From positions 73,667-137,666 of the forward strand of contig CBDDKW010000008.1 in NCBI GenBank assembly GCA_965230425.1: 64,000 bases of DNA, written 5' to 3'. The notes under the pieces are model-generated. The model was not told where the DNA came from and made no database searches. It saw only the letters and a list, made by a program, of their open reading frames with translations. The stretch is from Gammaproteobacteria bacterium. Lineage in GTDB: Bacteria > Pseudomonadota > Gammaproteobacteria > UBA1113. Numbering within the stretch: position 1 is the stretch's first letter; each line of letters starts with the position of its first letter. Both the position numbers and the translations under genes were made by a program. Positions 11,601 to 20,600 of the stretch are shown piece by piece.

Positions 11601-14600
11601 TAATAAATTAGTCAGTTCATCAAGAAAATCGTAATATAACCAGAGGTAGGGTTGTCCATCAATATTTGTCTCACGAATTTTAATTAATGTCAGTTGTATG
11701 GTTTTTATAGTATCAGTTAGCTCATCTGATAGGCATTCTTTGAGTAAATCATTCAATGTTGCTGCTGAGTAAAGTAAATCATAATCAATGTATTTTATTA
11801 TCTGTAAATAATTAATGTTATTTACTAGCTGAAGAAAGCTATTACATAGATTAAAAACAGTCGTGTGTGAGGATGTTGCCAATGTTCTCGATATAGACAG
11901 ATAATCACGATAAAATAAGGTTTCTGCATCAGATGAAATAAGCTCTAACAGCGATTGTTTTTTAAAAGTATCTAGTGTTAGCTGCTTATGAACGTAAATT
12001 TCCTTTGCAAGTAAAAAACGCATGAATTGATCGCGTCGTAATGATAGGCAACTACGGAAATCATCGAGATAGAGTTTTCCATCACGGTAAAAGAATAAGT
12101 GTCCGGTAAGTTCATCAGCGTTAAGCCATTGTAATCGGTCTGTTATTGAGGTGAGTGTAGTAAGATTGAGGCGAAGTCTGCATACTTCACTATTGAATTT
12201 AGCAATCAGAGCTTCAAAATAGCCTCTCACAAAGATAATGCGACCAGAAGAGATGATTGCATCAGGACTAATAATAAAAGCGTATTCTAATGATGGTCGC
12301 GATGTTTGTAACAAATCTATAAATTGACTTAATAATAGACACTGGTATTCAGCTGGTGGCTGACCCAAGTAGTTTTGACACGACTGCAAGACCTGTTTGA
12401 GTTGAGTATGTAGCTCCTCAGGCTGCAGTGGTGTACTCTGCATAAAGCTATTTTCAGTATATAGCTCTTCTAACTTTTGTGGTGTCTCATTGATAACAGA
12501 AATGGGACGTAATTCGTTATCGTGATCAATTAACTTTTGCAAGTTTTCATTGCTAAAACGTAGAGAAGTTATCCAGGATTGAATTTCATCATGTTGCCAG
12601 CACCACGCGTTAATATCTGCATTGATACTTTGCGATAGGGCAAAAATACGTATGAATGCGATACGATAATTTATAGACTCTTCATCAGTGAGCAATTCAT
12701 TTAAATACTCATCTAAATCTATGGAAAATAAATCATCATCAAGTAGCTTATTAATGAATGCATCAGCTCTGCTGTTGATTACAGGGAAAATTTTGCTGCG
12801 TAATTTATCTATTCTCTTTAGTGTAGCGGGTTCAAGTGCGATTATGTGTTGTGTGAGTCCGAAAAATAAATTGATAAGACAAGTCTGATAAGGACTAAGT
12901 CGGTTATGTGCTTTATGGATGTTACGAGCTAAATTTCCAATAGTTTCACCTACGTTAATATGTGCCTTTAATATGTGAAGTCGCATAAACGCAAGTTGTT
13001 TGCCTTTAATATTAGCGTCGGCATGGGCTTTAATGATGGATTGTTGATATAGATAGGGTAATGACGTATTTTTGAGATTATCTAATAAAAACTTATAAAT
13101 ACCAGCATAACTTATTACATGAGCATAACTTATTACATGTTTTGTGTCGGGTACGTTTGTGAAAATCTCCCAGATAAGTTTAAGCTCAGCCAGTATAGGT
13201 TTAACGACTACGGTGCTATCACCGGGGTTGTTTGGTATGCTAGTGAGCTTATCAATATAACTGTTAAATAAATCTTTCATTTTTTCTATGAAAATTTTAT
13301 TAACATTTATGGATATATGATGTCTTTTTAAGTAAATGATTATCTGATTTTGCAAGAAGTTTATGAGATTGATAACATATTCTCGAGCTTCATCGTTGTG
13401 GCTAAGCGTCTCTAAATTAGCAAAGCTAAGCTTTTCTATTAATGCGGTATTTAGTGTCTTGTTAGTAGTGAATGTTGCAGCAGCATACTCTAGTTTCTTT
13501 GATATGATAACTTCATTATCATACTCAATATTTGCAAAGGATTCGGTAAGCGATAAGGGAAGTGTATAATGTTGACCTGAAAAAGTGTTCCAAGTTAGTA
13601 TTTCAAGGACATTCAGCACTACATCAGGATTGTCTTTTGCACGTAATAGACTATGAAGCTTTAATTTTAATGGTGGGTAACAATCAAGTAGTAGCGCAGG
13701 TTCATAAAAATAAACTGCATGCTGCCAGCAGTAATAACGTATATTAGATTCTGCATGTGTACAATAGCTGAGTAACACCCATAAAGTCACTGCCCATAAC
13801 TTTTTTACTTCAGCGGTATTGGGAAGGTCATTGTTATCATGATGATTTAATATTTCTAAAAATGCTAATAGACTATCGGGTGTGTTAGAGATATTAGACT
13901 TAGCAATGCTAATTATAAGGTTAGGATTTACTACGTTATCTAAAAGATATAATGCTAATAAATGCCAAGATAAGCGAGATTCGCATGATAATTCGCCTAA
14001 GTTATTAATAAGCCCATCTTGTTGCGCATGAGCTATACGTAGTACCTGTTTTTGAATATTAGATGATAAGCTTTCAAACTCAGTTGACAGAAGGCGTGCA
14101 CTACCCAAGCAAGCAGAGGGAGCAGGGTGCTCGAGTGTAGCATATAAAAATGGAAGTAGTTCGGGTGTTTCATCTATTAGCTCATCTGTAGATATTATAT
14201 AGTTTAAAAATCTTATTATAAATTCACTAGTAAAATCAGAATGATTTTTGATGACAAATTGAATAGCTAATTGGTTAACCACAGATAGATCTTGCACATT
14301 TTCTAAAATAGATACCTTCGTTTGCTTTAATTCTAATATATCAGCGGTCTGCTCATGAAATAGGCTAAATATTATATTTCCTTTAACTAAGTTTGTTTCA
14401 TCAGTTAGTCTTTTAATGATTCTTTTAGTGGTTGGATGACTGGGCGCTACAAAATAATTAACTAATTTCCTCGTGATGCATTCAAGCCGTGGCAATCCAC
14501 TAACAAGTTCTAGTATAGTGTCTAACATTCCATCATTTGTAGTTTGGTATAGGGATATTAATACATCAGCAATTGCTGCTAAGTTTTTTTCACTATATTG

Positions 14601-17600
14601 GCCTATATAAGTTAATAATTCTAAGCTTTTAGTTTTTGTTTTTAGGTTGGGTGAAATCAGGTTTCTAGACAGTGCTTCTGCAATAAGTTTGCTGTGTTTA
14701 GATAATATTGATTCCTCTTGATCTAACTTATCTGATGCCTCAGATTCCTGAGACTCTAATTCTTGTTCTGACATCGCTGTTAAATAAAGTGCATTTGCTT
14801 GCTCAAAACGGTCATCGGCATTGAGACTATACAAATTTTCAGTGGTCATATCAGTTTGACGACTATCTTGCATATCATGGGTTTGTAAAACTTGATATAG
14901 CCTGCCTTTTTGATCAATATCTAATTCTCTTTGATGTAGTTTTAAAGTTGTAACAATGTCATATTCGCTATTAGTCAATAACCTTTTTTCACCTAAATAT
15001 TCGAGATTTATAAGTAACTGCTCGAGTATAAACATCTTCTCAGTATTTTCCGCACTGGGCAGTCGATTAAGGTATAAGTCAATAATTCCAGTATTACGGC
15101 CATGCTCTGTAATAAATTTAGCAATATGACTCTCTGTCTCTAGGTATAATTCTGTAGATTTAGTAAAATCAAGAATTACATGAAAGCAGGTAAGTATAAG
15201 TGCTGCATCATACCCTTGCCTTGAAGAGTGTGCCAAGATAAACTGAAGAGCAATAAATTTTAAATCATTTGTTTGCAGGCAATCGAAGTATACTTTAACT
15301 AATAATTTACTAGATGATTTAAGCAGTTTGAGTAAAATATTGTAATATTCATTATAGTTCTCATTACCAAAATCGAATTGTTGGTTGAAATCAAAAGATG
15401 TGTGTGCCAAAAAATAATTTAAGATGTATTTTAAAACAACCGTTAGAGAGAGTAGAGTAGGTTTGTTTTCAATGATAGTTTTAAGTATTACTGGCGGCAA
15501 ATCCAAATGAGCTATATCAGAATCAGAAAATACTTTTCTACTACCGTTATGAGCTGTAAAGTAAATAACATATTGTGCAGAGATTTTTTGAAAATCAGCG
15601 TCACTTAATAGACATTGTTTCGTTTGTAATAGTCGAGTAATACTATTACTGTAAGTAAAGTTAGTTGCTGTTCCTATATGGCTAATGAGTATTTTTTTTG
15701 TTTTTTTTGTCAGCTCTGAGTTATTAAATCGTAATGCATTACGTGCGATGGCTAGCATAAGTGATAGTTCAGCGTCTTTTAGTAATGAATAACATAATGT
15801 ATGTAAAGCAGACAGCATACTTTCATTGACGCCAGGAATATGCTTTAAATGGAAAATAGCGAAATTATCAGCGTGTAAACATATTTCTATATGCGAGCGT
15901 AATAATGCAAGCAATTCATTCCAATAGTTAGCGTTGATACCTTTATTTTTAACTAACAGATTGATGGCAACCCAGCGTAGCAGAGGAGTGGGAGGATGAA
16001 CGCATTGTTGTAGTGTACTAGAGTTATCAACAATAGATTCTATCACTTTTAATGATTCGTCTTCAAGAACTAAACCACGTAAATGGCGATACAATTTACA
16101 TGCATGTTGACTAAGATTATCATCGAGCAAGTGTGAAATGAATGTATGCATTACAGCTTCATTAACAATATCTTGTTCAATTAAAAAAATTAGAGCGCTA
16201 GCTTGTACCTCTGAAGACGTTGATTTAAGCTGATTTAAACTTAGCTCAGTGATATCTAGTCCACGCATGGATGTTAAGCCATGCTGCCATACTGCATAGT
16301 TTGTTTGGGCTTCTTCAACTGAGTTGAAGCGAAATTTTAGTTTTGTCAAAGAATTACTGACATCATAATGTAATACTTGCGCTAACTCTAAAATATTATT
16401 TTGCTGTTCCCGTGAGCCCCGCGTAAAGGTTTGATCACAGTGCTGTTCAAACCACAGTGTCACATGAGGTGAGGTGAGAAGTTGGCGAGATTTTTCAATA
16501 ATTAAAGCAGAATAAGTGGAATATTCTGCGGATGAAAATCGCAGGGCATAAATCGTAATAAGCTGCTTGAATAACACACACTCGATGTCTTTATCTGATA
16601 AGATTAACTCAATACTTAGGGGCGTACGGTTGCTTTCCTTATTCCTTTTTTTAATATTTTCAATGTATTTATAGATTTCTATGAAAATAACACAGGTCTC
16701 ATGTGAGGAAATCGGTTGATTTAGAACTGTAATGAAAGTTTCTTTAATTAAATTAATGTTATCTACGTAGATAATAAGTTTGTCGAGTAAAATAAATAAA
16801 GGGTATTTAGCCGTAACATCAGCTCTAGCAGTCAAAGATTTGGTATAGACTAAAGATGTAAGCTGCTGTAATAACGTATGGTCGTAAATGCCTAACTCTA
16901 TGCAACAATTTAAGCCAAAGGCTTTAATTGATAAATCATTATGCTGCCATACATGTAGGAGTCGGCTTTTTATTGTTGATTTATCCACACAACGATGTTC
17001 GAGTAAATTGTGCCAAACAGCTTGCCGTAGCTCTTCTTCGTTAAGGGTCAGATAAGTATAATATAAATCTTGGACTGTAGGGTCAAAACTTAATTCGTTA
17101 GCAAGTTGTTCTATGGCATGAAGACGTTCAGTACATGGCAAATTTGAATCATTAATAATCGTGATCCATTTTTCAGAATTTTCTTGTTTGGCAACAAGCT
17201 GAGCCAGCAAAAAACTTGCCCATGTAGGTGTGTTTTTATTGTCAACAATTTTTGTTAATTGTCTTTGTAATCCAGAATACTCTACTAATTTTGGGGTGAA
17301 TTGTAGACAGTGTATATAGGGCTTACGATATTTTTCTAATTTAGAATTTGTATCCGTATGATAGATTAAATGTTCAGTAAATATAAAGAGTTGACTACAA
17401 ATATAGTCGCGTGAACTTTCAAATGTGTCATTTCCTAGATTAGAATAAGGCGAGATTTCATCACGGCTCATTACTGCTAATAAGCCACGGTCATCAGCAC
17501 TCCATATACTGTCCCAGCCTTCATCTAATGCCCGCATAACTAGGAATAGTAGTTCAGGATCTTCATGCAGTGAGCCAGTATAAAGCTTTAATAATTGTAC

Positions 17601-20600
17601 TAAATAAATTTCCAAAATATCTCTTTTAAGCAAGCCAGCAAAGAATTGATACATGACTGCATAACGGTCATCACGAATATTTTTTATCAAGTTATGGATT
17701 TTTTTGTCGTCATCTGTCTCTACTGCTTCATTGAATAATTCTTTAAGCCGTAACGCTGCGAAGTATTCTTGAAAAGTTAAATGAATAAAGGAGAAATTTC
17801 TTTGTGCGATTTGCTTTCCGTCAACGTCGATGACTCTGTCATTGAGTATATTGATGAAACCTAAGTCGCCAAGCTCATCAAATAAGCTCTCATTTAAGTC
17901 AAGTAGTTCTAAATCCGTAGTATTTATAGCAGCTATGATATCATCTTCGGAAAAAATGATTTTATTGTCCAGCAGACATTGATAAGCTAGCCTGGCTAAC
18001 ATAGGTTTTATTTTTTTTAGTAGTTTCGCATAGTTATTTTTATGGGGTACTCTTTTTGCAGAAATTTCATATAGGCGATCGACTATTTTTGTATAGAATT
18101 GGGTAAGGCTAGTGTCTTTTGCACCCTCCCGATTACTTTCAAACATCCCACGTTGCCAAATTATACAGGTTAACGCAAGATTCACAGGAATGTGGCAAGT
18201 AGACCACAAGCTTAAATTGGCACGAAGTATTCCCGTAAGTATACTTGCATCTTCTCCAGAGCGATTATTTAGTTGAAAAATTTTACTAATATAATCTTTA
18301 ATATCGCGATTATTAAATCCCATTAATTGATAACGATTTTCTGGTTTAATTGTTGCTGTTTGTTTTGTACTTCCTACTGCATGTGGGCGAGATGTTATGG
18401 CTGAATTTTGTTTTGTAAGTAAGGATTCAAGAAATTTCTTCTTCCGTTTACGTAAGTGATCTGATGAATTTTCTATTTCTTCTTTTAAATCAGCAATTAT
18501 TTCGTCCAATCCATCCCAGATAAAGTAGCTTTTGTGCGTTCTCTCATCAAGAATCAATGCAATTGAATTTGGGTCTAGATTTTCATACACTATCGTTGAT
18601 TTTTTATTTTGGATTTGCATTTTTATAGCGTGGGAAATGAACGCAGCTATTTCTTGGTTTAAATATTTTTCTAAATCAGCATCGGATGCATGTAAGTACT
18701 TTTCACTAAATTTAAATGTGTTAATATGGCGTAGTTGTACCCAGAATAGATATTTAAAATCCTTCAGATAAGTGCCTAAGGCCCATTCATGGGCTAAATG
18801 CTTACAAAAGGTACTCTTACCGATCCCTGCACGACCAATAACCAATAGTTGCTCAGAACAAGTAAAAAGGTTACTCATGCTGACTTCGGCGCCTGATTGA
18901 AAAATATCTTCATAAGAATGAATTGCTTCTAGATGCCCATGAGTTCTATTATTACTCGGAGAATTTTCTGAGAGGCGTTGAGTTTCAAATTCAGTTTGCT
19001 TTTTATCATCAACGATTGCTAAATGAATATAGCTATCTCTCACGTGTTGAGGCGTATCATAAATAGGTAATTTTATGGTGGCTTCACGGTGGTAGTAGTC
19101 TTTTAAATCTCGCGTTACGGCATCAAGTTTCTCATCCAGCAGAGAAATGGGTTTAGTTGTTAATGAGATAGCATCTGGTATAGGTAGCTGTGGTGATGAA
19201 TGATATGGTCGCTGTTCAGTGACGAATGCTGCGGTAAGAGATTGGTTACCTTGAGCTAGATGGTGGTCAATTTCATATTTACCCATCCCATAGATACTGT
19301 GCATAGGAGAACTATAAGGTGCTTGATTCAGTGTTGTGAGTGAGGGTGATTTTTCTAGTTCAATACTGCATTTTTGATCGGCAACTACATCCAATTCTAT
19401 TTCTGACAATGATTGCGGTTGTTCTTGTTTTGTGGATAAAGTTACTGTCTGTGAGCTAAGAATTTGTACTTCGTCGCAAACATCTTGACTTAGATGGGTA
19501 AAGTTGCCGAAGAAATTTTTCTTCTTAGCTACATCTTGTTCAAGAATAGAGTAACTTCTTAATAAATTAATACAAGTCGTTGGTTCGACGGCATTATTGA
19601 GTAGGGTTATATTATTTTGTAGAAGAAATGCATGTAGCTTGTCGCCTAAACTGAGCAGTAGTGCATCAGTATTCTCAAAAAAGTGTATGCTTGGCAATAA
19701 GTGTAAATGACATAAAATAAATTCACGAATTCTCGGTTCTTTTCTAACTAACGGCTTTCTAAATTCTAAACAAAAGTAACAAAAAAGTGCGTGGTCTAAT
19801 TTTTCTTCGTGCTGGATTGTGTGAACAATATGTTCCTGTGTAAACGTGTATTCGTCGAATAAATTGGCTAATTCAATTAATGAACAATAGTCGTTGTCTG
19901 TGAGGTAATAGTTAAGTAGCTCACGTCTTGTTTGTTGAATGTTTTCTCGCATTTCACATGAAGTAATAGATATAATTCTATTTAAACTCTGTTGTAATAT
20001 AACAATATTGTCCCGGTTTATGGGATTTTCGGTTTGCATCAATATTTCAATGACGGTATGGATATAACGGGTAATAAATTGTGATAATTGCTGTAGTATG
20101 GTTTCAATTGCCTGGATGCAGCCGCCAAAATTTTGGTTATGGTGTTGACTACACTTAGTCAAGTGTGAAAATATTTTAATAATTAATGTGCTTTTGAATT
20201 CTTCATTTTTAATAGTAGGGATTACTAAACTAGCAGACTGTCGCTCGAGTAGATTATCACTGTAAATACTATCATATAATATAGTCAGCAACTCATCACG
20301 AGAGTATTCGCAATCATGAAATTGCGCAAGTAGCAGGTAAAACTCAATCAGTACATAATCTAAATTTACCTGTCTTATCTCACTGTGTATTATCCTGAAA
20401 TTTTGTTCTGTAAATAGCTCACCTATATCATGCAGGTACCTCGCGCTATTGCGAATAATATTGGGATGATGTTGAGCTAGATTTTGTTGTAGGGTTGTTA
20501 GTATGGTAGGTTGCTGAGATACACCTAATAATTTCAGACCATCCCAAGCAAATTGGCTATGACTTTCAGTGCTGCGCCCAGTTAATATGGCATAGGTTCG